NCBI GenBank assembly: GCA_964016885.1
Contig: OZ024743.1
Location: 330,522,001-330,586,000 of the forward strand
DNA: 64,000 nt
Reading direction: 5' to 3'
Origin: Eledone cirrhosa
Lineage: Eukaryota
This document shows, one piece after another, positions 50,455 to 63,777 of the stretch (position 1 is its first letter; every line of letters starts with the position of its first letter). The notes beneath the pieces are model-generated. The model was not told the origin of the DNA. It made no database searches and was given only the letters and a program-made list of their open reading frames with translations. The position numbers and the translations under genes are program-made.

Positions 50455-53400
50455 GTTTCTTTATTAGCCACAGGGGCACAAAAGAAGAGGACAAATACAA
50501 AGGGAGAAGTTTAAATACAATAAAAACGTGTAAAATATTATCACAAATGCAATTTAAAAATTAGTCGATCTTCCCCAATAGGGGGAGACAGTTCATATGG
50601 GTAACACATACCCCTGAAAAAAAATGTGCAACCCTCATCTCCAGGAGTACGAAGAGTTTGTACTCCTTTCCTCTCCTCCTCTTTTTCCTCAAATTACAGG
50701 CTGATATAAAGAGGAGGCCCATTCACTCGGGCCATTCTCGCCACTTTCACCCACCTTTTATAAAACTTGCTGGCGTACAGCACCTCTCTCTCCATCCTGA
50801 TTCTTCTTCCAAAGTGGTATTTGAAAAAAAGAATTAGTTGTTGGCCGGAGAGAAAGGTGTCTGACCTCAGCCCTTTCAACCTTGTCCACCATACAACCTC
50901 TTTCGCCATAGCTATCACACAAAGGAAAACCGCCTTTCCTTCGTTTTTGAAGGAGGGTGGCGGTTTGATCATGACAATGGACTCGGTGGTGAACCGGAAT
51001 GGTCCCACCCGCTACAATAGTCGTTCTACATAGCCCCACAGGTCGGTAACGCCCGGGAAGTGTATGAATGCGTGCGCGACGGTTTCTTCGTCTCGCACGC
51101 ACCTCGGACAGATCTTTTTTGCAGGGTCCCTTCCCGGGCGCCCATGTCTGTAGAGTTTGTCTCGAACTGGTAGAGCTCCTCGGTAGCACTGCCAGGCCAG
51201 GGACTTTTGGAAGTTGTCCATCGGTCCCGGGCGGAAGGTCCTACCGAACTGACTGGTCATTTCGTCTTCCTCTACGCCTAGAGTTTCACCGAGCGCGTCG
51301 TCGCACTTGTTGCGGATCAACCCTCTATAGAATGACGAAGTGGAGTCTCCACTGATCGCCGGGTCCGGCTGCCAGAGGGCTGTGAGCGCCTGAGCACATT
51401 CTATGTGCCAGTCGCCCATTTTCCTCGGTCTTAGCTTGACCCAGGACTGCAGCTCGGTCAGCGAGACGAGTCGTGGGAGCGTTCGCCTCACGAACGGGGC
51501 CCACACCGGTTGTCCGGTGAGGAATACGTAGAGATGCCGCAGCCTGAGCGCGTGTTTGCGCATCGTCATCCACGGCACCCTCAGCCCTCCGTTGGAAGGG
51601 TGTTGGCAGCTGATGAATCTTCTCACCAAAGGAGCCCACCTCTTCCAAAGGAATTGGAAGAGCGCGCGCTCCATTTTGGCGAGCGTTTTGGCTGGACAAG
51701 GCACAACGGTCAAGCGGTAGTAGATGGCGGACGCTATAAAAGTGTTCGCCACCTCCGCTCGACCTTTCAAGGATAGTTTGCACTCGGCCCACTTCTGGGT
51801 GAGTGCAAACACCTTGGCCGACACCTCGTTCCGGTTTTTCTTCACCTGGAGGTCCGGACCAAACCAGACCCCGAGCAGCTTTACCGGTCCTTCTGTCCAG
51901 CGTCCAACGACGCCATCAGAAGGCATCGGTCTGCCTCTCCACGATCCGAGTTGCAAACCGATGGACTTGTCCCGGTTCAGCTTCGCTCCTGTGAACCTTT
52001 CGTATTCCTTCAGTAAGGTGCCGACTTCCTCGATTTGCGAGGCGCTCGACACCATTACTGTCACGTCGCTTTCCGCAGTCCCGGTTCCAGAGGGATGCTC
52101 TGCAATAGCTCCAACTTCCGTAGTAGTGACTCGAGAGTCAGTACGTACTGAAGGGAGGAGATAGGGCATCCCTGTCGAATGGATCGCGTGATATGGAACG
52201 GCTCAGAGAGGTAGCCGTTCACCTTGACCCTTGAGCAGATGTTGCTGTTGTGCATTGCAGCAATCCAGCCCCTGAACACGGGTCCGAAGCATACCACCTC
52301 GAACACCGCATCCAGGTAACGATGGTCAACCCTATTGAAAGCCTTAGACTGATCCAAGTTGATCAGGGCCCCACCGAAGACGGGTTTACACCCTACCTTC
52401 TCTATGATGTATCGCATGAGGTGGAGGTTGTCGTGTATGGACCTGGTCGGGATTGCGCATGTCTGCGCTTCTCCCACCAGGTTCTCGATGACTAGCGCCA
52501 GCCTCTTTGTCAACACCTTGGCCAAAATCTGTAACTCTGTGTTAAGCAGAGTTATGGGCCGGAAGTTGCCTATGTCATCCCCCTTATTCTCGTCCTTCCT
52601 CACTAGCGTGACTACGCTCCCCGGTCACAGAACTGGGATTTCTCCCGTTCTGTTGCCAGTTGCAGTAGACCGCTTCCAGGAGACCAGAGAATAAGTCCGG
52701 CATTGCTACGTAAAATTCGTAGAGTAGACCGTCGAGACCTGGAGATTTGCGTTTGCCGCATTGGCTCAGCGCGTCCCCTATCTCAGCGGCTAAGATCGGC
52801 CTTTCATAGAACTTTGCCTCGCTGTCCGAGTGTCGCGGTAGGCCGTCAAGGTATGGACCGAAATCCATAGCCCCTCCCGGCGCGCCGCCCTGCACGAACA
52901 GTTGAGCAAAGTGCCGCTGAAAGGCCGCACACATCTGTTTCGGCTCACGTATCACGCGTCCGTTTTGGTCCTTCAAAGACCGAATCGTGGACTTGTTGCC
53001 AGTTTTTGCCTCCGTCACTCGGGCCCAGCTAACAAGTTTGGCTCCCTCGTTTCCCAGAGCACGTATTTTGCTTCTGACAACGCAGCCCTCGTTCTTTGCG
53101 TCGAAGAACTGGTCCAAGGCCGTTCTCGTTGCTAACACGCTGGCTACGTTGCCACTTCTAATTGCCTCTTCTACTTTATCTACTAGTTCCTTCTCGGTTC
53201 TATTTCTATCTAACGCTAATTCTTTACTAAAAACTAACGAGTCTAATCTAACTGCCCTCTTGAGCGAGTACCACCATATGTTGTTGACAATGACCCCTGT
53301 CAAGTGCTGTTTAACTAAAGTGCTAATCCGTCTACTGTAGGCTTTGCATGTCGGTAACGACAAGTTCAGCTTCCAGTAGCCGGGTCCTTGTCTATGGGTT

Positions 53401-56271
53401 CTATCAAGGTTGACCATGCAGGTCACTAGTTTGTGATCTGAATAGGCAACCATGAACATTTGTGGACAGCTTAACATGTCCCTATCCTTATTTCTAACTA
53501 GAACCCTATCTAGGTACGATCTAGATGTTCTGCTCCGATTAGTCCAAGTCCACAGTGGCACAGGAGGAAAATCTAGTCGATATCTATCGGCCAGGTCAAA
53601 TCGGCCGATTAACTGTTTGAGGCTGTTACACCCCTCTTTATCGGGATATCCTCCCACATAGTCCCAACGTGCATCTAGGAATCCATTCCAGTCTCCCACT
53701 AAAAGCAAGGAGCGGGACGTTCCCAGAAAAGTCTCTAGACGTTTGAAGAAGTCTGGCCGCGGTGTCCCGGATGGGGCATATGCGGCCACCAGCCTGAAGG
53801 CTCCACCTTCACTACCGTCAACGTCTAGGACTACCATCGACCCTCCGGGTCCAGATGTGCCCTCTGTGTTACGAGGCCCAGGTGTTTCCACAGCAAAACG
53901 ACAACCCCGCCCCCACCCCCCGGCCGACAAAGAGATACGTAGATCTCAAAGTCATCGAAGATGGGGGCCAGCTGTCGCTCACTGTGGATCCTGGACTCGC
54001 AAATGGCTACTACATCCATACTGTGCGACCTGAGGTCGTTTAAGAGTTTGCCCTGTTTCCAGGGCATCCCCAGGCCGCGTACATTCACACATCCAACTCT
54101 TATATTGGCCATGTTGGTTCTGAAAATTTTAAAGAGGAGAAGAAAACACTCACCTCTTCGTCTCCCGTGGATCGTGCCGCACGGTTTCCATGGGGGTGTT
54201 AGAGGGGTTGTCTGGGTGGGTGTTGGTTTCCGGCGGGGTGGGGATAGAGATGTTTGGTGGGGTGGGGGTGTCTGGGGTGAGTGTGGGGAAACTTTTTAAA
54301 AGGACGCGGTTAATGAGTTTAACACAAGGATTACCCACGTCCTTAGGAAAGTTTTCCTTTAAAGACTTATAGGTGTCCGTAGGAACGCTAATCATCTTTA
54401 AATTAGGTTTGTCTACACAGTTCGAAAACGTTTTCCCTTCGGTTTTCACCGAAGGGTCGTTGGAGATGACCTCCATTAAAGTTTTGTTTTTACTGTTTAT
54501 GTATGTGTAATGTCCTTGTTGTGTTGCGGTGGTTTTTGTCTGTTGTTCTTGTGGGAGCTTTCGTTTTGTTGTAGGTGTTTGTGTTTGGAGTGATGTCGTG
54601 GTTTTGTTTTCGGGGCGGGGGGGTTTGTTTGTAATGTTTGTGTTGTTTGTGTTGGTGGTTGTATGTTTGTAGTGATGTTTGTTGTTTTTTTTTTGTTCTT
54701 GGGTGTCTTTTCTTCTTTCTTTTCGAACGGAGAGGCTCTCCCTCATCGTCACTTGGTGATGATGTGGGGGCCTCGTCCGTTGTGGTGTCTGTGTTATTTC
54801 GAAGGGGTATGTTTTGGGGAGCTGTTGTGTTTGTGGGTGTTTTTGCAGTGGTTTTATGTGGAGTGGGGCTGGGAGGAACTGTGTTTGCAGGTTGGTTTGT
54901 TGTTTTTGTTTTGGTTGTGTTTGCGTGTTGTTGTTGTTGTTGTGGTGGTGGTGGTGGTTGTGTTGTTGTTTTGGGTGTTGGCTGTAGTGCCTCTTTTTTA
55001 TTTTTAGTTAACTGAGTACAGTAAGCCTTCAGGTGACCACTGCTTAAACAGTGGTAACATGAAGGCCGCCTACCCTCAACAGAAATGTTTATGTGTGAAA
55101 TTCCATCCAGAGGCACACGTTGGGTATTTTAGCTATCCATTCTGACCTCATTTGAACCAGAACTTCCATGCTTGTACCATTGAATGTGCCTCTGGAGGAC
55201 TTTCCCACCGAAATGATGGTGTCTTCGTCGAAATCGATGAAGCCAGTTAGAATCCACCAGATGTTTACATTTGGTGCAATGTTCAACATTTTTTATTTTT
55301 TTAGTTCTTTTTCCCATATATGTGGGGAAAAAGGTGTAAAGGGGGGGGGGGACACAATCGGTGATACAGAATATTTTGTGCTGTCAATTGGTCTTTCAAC
55401 AACACCGAAATGCTTCCAAAAAGTTTCCCTTTTTGGATGAAGGCAATATCCTTCATGGAATTCTTCAGAACCAGTTCAATATCGTTTTGGGATAACTGAA
55501 CTGGTTTTTTCGACACATTTGAAACCGTCCTAAAAATTACTGTTTTTAGAACAGTTTCTCTGTGTAACTGTTGAGAAGTGATGCTGAAAGCACCACTCTC
55601 ACCAAAAGTTACGTACTGTTTTGCATCGCTTAACATTTCCCTAGCATTGGAGATGTCAAGGTATGTGAACAGTTCCGTCTTTTGGACGGTTTGAGCAAAA
55701 GAAATCTTTTCCTTGTTCGTGGAGTTGTTCGTGTTGCTGTTGTTGTTGGTGGTGTTGTTGTTATCATTGTTGCTGTTGTTGGTGGTGGTGTTGTTGTTAT
55801 CATTGTTGCTGTTGTTGTTCTTGTTGTTCTTGTTGTCCTTATTGTTGTTGTTGTTGTTCTGGTTGGTGTTGTTTATATTTTGCATGTTATTGGTGTTTGT
55901 GTTAGTGTTGATGTTACAATCAACGTCTGACATCGTGTTTTCAAAACGATGTCTTTCAATGAGGTGGTGAGAGGAGGTGACTGCGAGCCTAACACTCTTA
56001 CCGCCTCTCCACCACTTCTAGTTATGAACGCAGCGTTCATGACTGAATGCAATGTTTGTTTACACTTTTTTTTTTTTCAGCGGCGAAATTTTTTTCAAAA
56101 CAAAAATTTCACCCCAGGGAGGGGTGAAGATGACTTGACCCACCGTCTGAAAGTCCAGACGTGGGTTCAAGCTATAAAATAGTAATAAATTTAACAATAA
56201 ACTTTTGATTTTTTACTTAGAAAATCAACAAAAACTTACCAGCGAACTGGCACACGTCTCAAGTAAAACAG
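50455..56271 (-). mobile_element. E6: full-length, frameshifted L1/Tx1-type element
   Basis: ORF1 fragments 54150-55933 (CYHCLSSGHLKAYC), ORF2 fragments 50694-54112; a small deletion removes VSAYA of the YADD region; AATAAA at 50460-50465. Confidence 0.94.
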
Positions 56272-56293
56272 AGATAGATAGATAGATAGATAT

Positions 56294-59200
56294 GTTTCTT
56301 TTATTTGCCACCAGGGCATCAAAAGTGGGACAAGTACAATGGGGGGGGGTTTACAAAACAAGGCGTCCTCAATAAGGAGGAGGCAATAACAATATATAAA
56401 AATAAAATAAAATATAACAAAAAATAAAATTTATAACAAAGTCCTCAATAGAGAGGAGGCGCCTTGGGGGGTCGCACACACCCCCGAAAAAAAAGTGTGC
56501 AACCCTTTTCCTCAGGAGCACAGAGAAGGGGTGCTCCCTTGGTCTTTCATCTTCCTCACCTATAGTCTGATGTAGAGTGAAGGCCCATTCACACGGGCCA
56601 TTCTCGCCACTTTCACCCATCTTTCATAAAAACGGCTGGGGTGCAGCACCTCTCTCTCCATCCTGATCCTTCTTCCGAAATGATATCGGAAGAAACGGAC
56701 CAGTTGTTGGCCAGAGAGAAATGTGTCTGACCTCACTCCTTTCAGACGCGTCCACCATACAACCTCTTTCGCCATGGCTATTACGCACAGAAACATCGCC
56801 TCTCCTTTGTTATTGAAGAGGGGAGGCGGCTTGATCGTTACAATAGACTCGGTGGTCAACTGGATTGGTCCCACCCTTGACAGCAGTTGTTCGACATAGC
56901 CCCACAGATCGGCAATGCCCGAGCAGTGTACCAATGTGTGTGCAACGGTTTCCTCGTCGCACACGCATCTGGCCAGGCCAGGGACCTCTGGAAGTTATCC
57001 ATGGGTCCCGGGCTGAATGTCCTACCGAACAGGTTTGCCAGTTCGTCTTCCTCCATGCCTAGGGCTTCTCCGAGGGCGTCGTCGCACCTGCTAACCACCA
57101 GCCCTCTATAGAATGACGAGGTGGATTCTCCACTGACAGCCGGGTCCGCCTGCCAGAGAGCCGTGAGCGCCTGGGCACACTCGGTGTGCCAGGCGCCCAG
57201 TTTTCTCGGTCTTTGCTTGACCCAGGATTGCAGCTCGGTGAGTGAGACGAGTCTGAGAAAGGCTCGCCTCACAAACGGGGCCCACACCGGTTGACCGGAG
57301 AGGAATACCTGAAGGTGCCGTAGCCTTAATGCGTATTTACGTATCATCAGCCACGGCATCCTCAGCCCTCCTTTCGAAGGGTGTTGACAGCAGATGGATC
57401 TCCTCACCATAGGAGCCCACTTCTTCCAAAGGAATTGGAAGAGTGCGCGCTCCATTTTGGCGAGTGTTTCCCTTGGGCAAGGCACAACAGTTAGGCGGTA
57501 GTAGATGACGGACGCTATATAAGTGTTCGCCACCTCCGCCCGACCTTTCAGGGACAGTTTGCACTCGGCCCACTTCTAGGTCAGTGCAAACACCCTGTTC
57601 GTTACCTCACCCCAGTTCTTCTCCACCTGGAGGTCTGGTCCGAACCAGACCCCGAGCAACTTCACCGGGCCCTCCGTCCAGCGCCCGACGACGCCATCGG
57701 AGGGCATCGATCTGCCCCTCCACGTGCCGAGTTGCAAACCGATCGATTTGTCCCGGTTCAGCTTAGCCTCTGTAAACGTTTCGTACTCCTCCAGTAAGGT
57801 GCCGATCGCCCCGATTTCCGAGGCCGTCGACACCATTACTGTTACGTCATCGGCGTAGGCTGACACCGCTTTCCGCAATCCCGGTTCCAACGGGATGCCA
57901 TGCAACAACTCCAACTTCCGCAGCAGTGGCTCTAGAGTCATTACATACAGAAGGGAGGAGAGAGGGCACCCCTGTCGGATGGACCGCGCGATTTCGAACG
58001 GCTCCGAGAGGTAGCCGTTCACCTTGACCCTAGAGCAGATGCGGCTGCTGTGCATGGCATTGATCCAGCCCCTGAAAACGGGTCCGAAACCTGCCGCCAC
58101 TAGCACCGCATCCAGGTAACGATGGTCGACCCTATCGAATGCCTTAGATTGACCCAAGTTGATCAGGGCCCCACCAAAGCCGGGTTCGTTCCCAACCCTC
58201 TCTATGATGTATCGCATGAGGTGGAGGTTGTCGTGGATGGACCTGGCCGGGATAGCACATGTCTGCACATCTCCCACCAGGTTGCCCACGACAAGCGCCA
58301 ACCTCTTTGCTAGCACCTTGGCCAAAATCTGTAACTCTGTATTTAGCAGAGTTATGGGCCTGAAATTATTTATATCGTCCCCCTTGTTCTCGTCCTTCCT
58401 CACTAGCGTGACTACGCCCTTGGTCACAGCACAGGGAATTCTCCCGTTCTGTTGCCAGTTGCAGTAGACCGCCTCGAGGAGATCGGGGAACAAATCCGGC
58501 ATAGCTAGATATAGTTCGTATGGAAGACCATCGAGACCCGGGGATTTGCGTTTGCCGCATTGGCTCAGCACGTCCTCTATCTCAGCGGCTGAAATCGGCT
58601 CCTTGCAGGACTTCGCCTCCCTGTCCGAGAGACGCGGCAGGCCGTCGAGGTATGGACCGAAGTCCACATCCCCAACCGGCCCCCCCGCCCCTTCCGAACA
58701 ATCCGGCAAAGTGTTTTTGAAAAGCCTCGCACATCTGCTTAGGTTCAAGGATCACCCGTCCATCCTGGTCTCGCAAAGACCGGATAGTGGATCTGCTCCC
58801 TCTTTTGGCTTCTGTCACGCGGGCCCAGCTAACAGCTTTGGTCCCCTCGTTTCCCAGAGCACGTATTTTGCTTCGGACGATGCAGCCTTCGTGTTTCACG
58901 TCGAAGAACTGGCCCAGGGCCGTTCTCGACGCTAGCACTCTGGCCACGTCGCCGCTTCTAATTGCCTCTTCTTCACTATCTACCAACTCCCTTTCCTTCC
59001 TATTTCTATTTGAGGCTAACTCCTTACTAAATACTATAGAGACTACACTAATCTCTCTTTTGAGAGATCCCCACCACCTGCTGTTGACGATGGCGCCCGT
59101 CAACCGCTCCTTAACTAAAGTGCTAATCCGGTCCCTGTAAGCCTTACTTGCCGGTAAGGACAAGTTGAGCTTCCAGTAACCGGGTCTCTGTCTATGAGTT

Positions 59201-61934
59201 CTGTCAAGGTTGACCATGCAGGTCACTAACTGTGTTCTGAATAGCCAACCATGCGCATTTTTGGACAACTTAAAAAGTCCTTATCCTTAATTCTAACTAA
59301 GAACCTATCTAGGTACGACCTAGATGATCCGCTACGATTTTCCCAAGTCCAGGTTGGCGCAGTCGGAAAATCTAGTCGATATCTATCGGCCAGGTCAAAT
59401 CGACCGATTAACCCTTTGAGGCTATTACACCCCTCTCTATCGAGACAGGCCCCTACGTAGTCCCAGCATGCATCTAGGATACCATTCCAGTCCCCCACTT
59501 ATAGCAAGGAGCGGGACGTCCCTAGAAAAGTCTCCAGACGATGGAAGAAGTCCGGCCTCATTGACCCGAAAGGGCCGTAGGCGGCTACCAACCTAAACGC
59601 TCCGCCTTTACCACTGCCAAGGTCCAGAACCACTAGTCGACCCTCCAGGTCCAAATGTACCATCTGTGTTGCGAGACCCAGATGTTTTTGCAGCAGAACG
59701 ACAACTCCACCCCCACCTCCGGGCTGACAGAGAGATGCGTGCATCTCAAAGTCATCAAAGGTGGGGGCCAGCTGTCGCACGTTGCTGATCCGGGCCTCGC
59801 AAATAACCATCACATCTATACGTTGTGACCTGAGGTCATTTAGAAGCATTGCTTGCTTCCAAGTTGAGCTCAGGCCACGCGCATTTAAACAGCCTACTCT
59901 TAGCATAGCCATGTTGGTGGTGAAGAGAAAAGGCACTTACCTCTCTGCGTCCCGGGTATCGGGCTGCACAATTTCCATTAGAGTGAGGGATGGGTTGTTG
60001 GGTGGGGTGGTGGTTTCTGGAAGTGTAGGGGCATCAGTGTGTTGTGTAGTTGGGGAGTTTGGAGTTGTGTGGGTGTTTGGGGAGGGGGTGGGGTAGTTTT
60101 TTAGGAGGACGCGGTTAATGGGCCCGACGCAGGGGGGACCCACGTTCTCTTTAAAATTGTTTTTTAAAGTTTTATAGGTGTCCTGTGGGGCCTTAATCAT
60201 TTTGAGGTGGGGGAAATCCCCTGCCTGGGTGAAGTTAGGCCCTTGTGTTTTTACTAGATTGTTGTTGTACACAATGTTTAACAGTTTTTTGTTTCTTGTG
60301 TTTATGTATGTGTATGCATGTTTTTGTTTTTGTGTGGTGTTTTTTGTTTGCTGTTGTTGTGAGCTCTTTTGTGTTGGTGTCAGTGTTATGTTTTGGGGAG
60401 GGGTTGTTTTTATTTGTGTGTTTTCTTTTTTTTCTTTTGATTGTGTGGAAGTGCTCCTCCTCGTCTGACGACGAACTAGGGTCATCTTCCGCGTTGGAGG
60501 GGAGGGGTATATTTTCGGGTTGTGTTTGCGGTGCGGGTGTTTTGGAAATTGTTTTTGTTTTTTGAGTGGAGGGGATGGGTTGGACATTGTTTTGTTTTGG
60601 TTTGAGCTGTGGTGGTTGTTTTTGTAGTGGTAGATGTGGTGATTGTGTTGGTTGTGCAGTTGTTGGTGGTGTAGGCAGGATTGGGGTTTTCTTATTAAGT
60701 TGGGGACAGACAGCCCTCAGGTGACCTCTGGTTCCGCAGAGGTAACACGAGGGCCGCCTACCCTCAACGGTAATGTTGATGAAGGTTAGATCATCCAGTA
60801 TGACGCGTTCAGGGATCTGGGCGATCCTTTCGGGCCTCATTTGAACTACAAGTTCGAGGCTCGTTCCACTGAACGCGTCACCCGATGCCTTTCCCATGGA
60901 CACCAGCATGTCATCCTCCAGGTCCAGGAAACCTGTCAAAACCCACCATATGTCCATAATCGGCAGGATGGTGTGGATTTTTATTTTTTGTGTTCTTCTA
61001 CCCATGTACGTAGGGTAGAAGGTGTATGCGGTGGATGTGATTGGTTTGATGGACAGTTTCACTGCTGTGTCCCTGTCCTTCATGAGAATGGATAGACTCC
61101 CGTAGAGTCTATCCTTCTGAATGAAGGTGATGTCCTTCATGACGTCTTTTAAAACCAGCTCTATCTCACTCTGTGATGGTTGAGCTGGTTTTTTGCTTTT
61201 ATTCGAGATTGTCCTAAACATGACAGTGTTTAGGAGTCTCTGGCTTTTTAGTTCCGGGGAGGAATGGATTGTGAATGAACCATTTTCCCCGTACACTATA
61301 TATTTTTTGGCATCTGCCAGTAGCTCCTTCGCTTTGGTTATATCTACTGGCAGATAGTCAAGGGTTTTCCTTGCCGTCTCGGCGAAGGAGAAATTTTTTT
61401 TGTTTGTGTTGTTGTTGTCGTTGGTGGTGTTGTTGTTATCATTGTTGTTGTTGTCACAGTTATTGGTCTTGTTGTTGTTGTTATTGTTATTGGTGTTGTT
61501 TTCGTCCGTCGCATTGTTGTTGTTGCTGTTGCTGGTGCCGCTGGTTCTTTGGGTTGTTGCCATGGCAACGTCAAGTTGTCGGTTAACAGGTGGAGAAAAT
61601 CCTTCCTCTGGCTGACCTTTCTTCTTGATCTCTGCTACTGTGACAATGGCAGGGGGAAGCTGTAAGTTTATCTTCCCCTTTCCTCTTTCGAATTTTGGTG
61701 AAGAAGCTTCAGTCATTTTAAAAAATGTTAACTTTTCAACAAGAAAAAACTTTTTTTTGTTTAACTATTTCGCCTAAAGGCGTAGAATATTTTGAGAGAC
61801 TGACCAGATCAAAGTTTGACCTGGCAGTCCCTCTACAAAATGGTACAAAAATGAAAGTTTACAGTTCACAATTTCCAGTTAAATTTAAACGAAACTTACT
61901 AAGCGAGCTCAGCACATGTGTCCATCGTAAACGG
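56294..61934 (-). mobile_element. E7: full-length L1/Tx1-type element with several lesions
   Basis: ORF1 59937-61716 (CYLCGTRGHLRAVC, one frameshift); ORF2 56560-59912 with stops, frameshifts and a deletion near 56970; (TATC)n on both sides. Confidence 0.95.
60235..61716 (-). pseudogene. E7 ORF1 main fragment (C-terminus continues in the 59937-60587 frame)
   Basis: Homologous to E2 ORF1 (DRLYGS, PTYMGRRTQ, EGRRPSC). Confidence 0.85.
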
Positions 61935-61957
61935 GATAGATAGATAGATAGATGGAC

Positions 61958-62029
<72 letters not shown>
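61935..62029. repeat. (GATA)n microsatellite joining E8 3' end to E7 5' end
   Basis: Directly visible. Confidence 0.95.
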
Positions 62030-62588
62030 TTCTTTATTAGCCACAAGGGCGCACAAGAAAAGGGGACAATACAAAGACATGCCGGGAATTTTACATACAG
62101 TCGTGTAAAAAATATAAAATCAAACAATTACAACAATCGAAATCCCCAATAGGGGTGAGGCGCCACAAATGGGTTGTTTTATACCCTGTCAATAGAACAA
62201 CCCTCAACTGCAGGAGCGTGTTGTGCAGGTGCTCCTTTCTTCCTTTTGCTCTCTTCTTCAACCTACAGGCTTATAAACAGAGAAGGCCCAATCACTCGGG
62301 CCATTTTCGCTTCATTCACCCACCTTTCAGTAAATTTACTGGGGTGCAGTGCCTCTCTCTCCACTCGGATTCTCCTTCTAAAGTGATACTTAAATAGGGA
62401 ATCAATTGTTGTTCGGAGAGAAAGGCATCTGTCCTCAGTCCTCTCAATCTCGTCCACCATATAACTTCTTTCACCATAGCCACCGTACAGAGGAAAACCG
62501 CCTCTCTTTCGTTTTTGAAAGAGGCTGGCGGTTTGATCCTTACTATGGAGTCGGCAGTCAACTGGATTTGTCCCATACGCGACAGCAG
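62029..62588 (-). mobile_element. E8: heavily 5'-truncated L1/Tx1-type element (ORF2 C-terminus plus 3'UTR)
   Basis: KEVIWWTRL and GPSLFISL; AATAAA at 62033-62038; (GATA)3 at 62588-62599. Confidence 0.9.
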
Positions 62589-62694
62589 ATAGATAGATAT
62601 TAGTGTATTTTTTCTACTGTTTGGCACCTTTCAATATCTTGATAATGTCTTACAAATATAGAAATTCGGATTTAGTTGAAAGGTAAAATAACGC

Positions 62695-62830
62695 TTTCTT
62701 ATATAGGCACAAGGCCAGCAATTTTGGAGGAGGGGAAAGTCGATTAAATCGACCTCAGTGCGAGACTGGTACTTTATTTTATCGACCCCTCCCCCGAAAT
62801 TGCTGGCCTTGTGCCTATATAAGAAACCAT
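62695..62830. mobile_element. Two SINE 3' fragments in inverted arrangement
   Basis: TATAGGCACAAGGCCAGCAATTT and its reverse complement; the same tail as the 47683 and 48243 SINEs. Confidence 0.6.
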
Positions 62831-63484
62831 TATTTTACCTTTCAACTAAAGGTAAACTAATACAGTGGAGCATGGATCGAAATGAAGTTTTGATTAACAA
62901 ATTGATAAAGATTAAGATATCAAGTTCTAATTTCGGAGGTGACCTGTTTATATTTTAAATTATCTGTTGAATGTTTTAAATATCATTTTAACACTAGGGC
63001 GGCTTTCATGCGGGATGGGTTGAGCCGGTTCCATCGAGGTAATTCACAGTGTAAGTTTATTTCAATAGAGTTACTTCGGGCGATTAGTTTCACAAGCAGT
63101 GCCCAGCCCCAAATATATGCACTTTAGAATAGTGCAATCGAAGCATTACATCGGCTATAGCGGTGGTAAACACAACCTATTTGAGCCATTCTGTTGGCCA
63201 GCAGGACTTCACCCCACTGCCCAGCTCAGCAATACCGATCCTCGGCACCTATCTACAAAATATTGCAATCAAACATCATTGAAACTATATCATTTCTGCT
63301 AGAAATTGCAGTCAAATTTCCCTCAAGCTACATCTTAGCTATTAGGAATAGCAGTCATATACAGTCCACCACAAACGACGCTCTGTCTACAAAAAATAGA
63401 AGTCGATATTACCGTAAATAACATAGAAATGGCAGTCAAATCTCTTTCAAATCAAACCCTATAGCCTTAAAACTGAACACATTA

Positions 63485-63777
63485 AATTCATATAAAAATG
63501 AGAAAACTCATAGCTAGAAAAGCCGTTTAAACAGCCAAATGATGTCAATGATAGCGATTGGCAAAATTCCTCAGAGGACAGAGATCAGCGACTACAGGTC
63601 GGCAGAGATATAGAAATATGTTATCTGCTTGCCACCCACCTCGTGGATTGTCTCTCTGGCGACCACTGGTCGCTGGTCTCTGTCCTCTCGGACATTTCTT
63701 TCCCCGCTGATATTGACAGCATATGGCTGTTTAAACGACTGTTCTAGCTATGAGTTTTCTCATTTTTATCTGAATTC
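63485..63777. mobile_element. MITE-like foldback element (~290 bp)
   Basis: ATAAAAATGAGAAAACTCATAGCTAGAA...AAACAGCCA is mirrored at 63725-63769; inner GAGGACAGAGA/TCTCTGTCCTC pair. No clear TSD. Confidence 0.6.

Noticed and set aside
59937-60587. Programmed frameshift in ORF1 before the C-terminal domain (E4, E6 and E7 all break near the Lys-rich tract)
   Set aside because: E2 is continuous, and the shift direction in E4 differs from E6 and E7; A-homopolymer indels or sequencing errors explain it.
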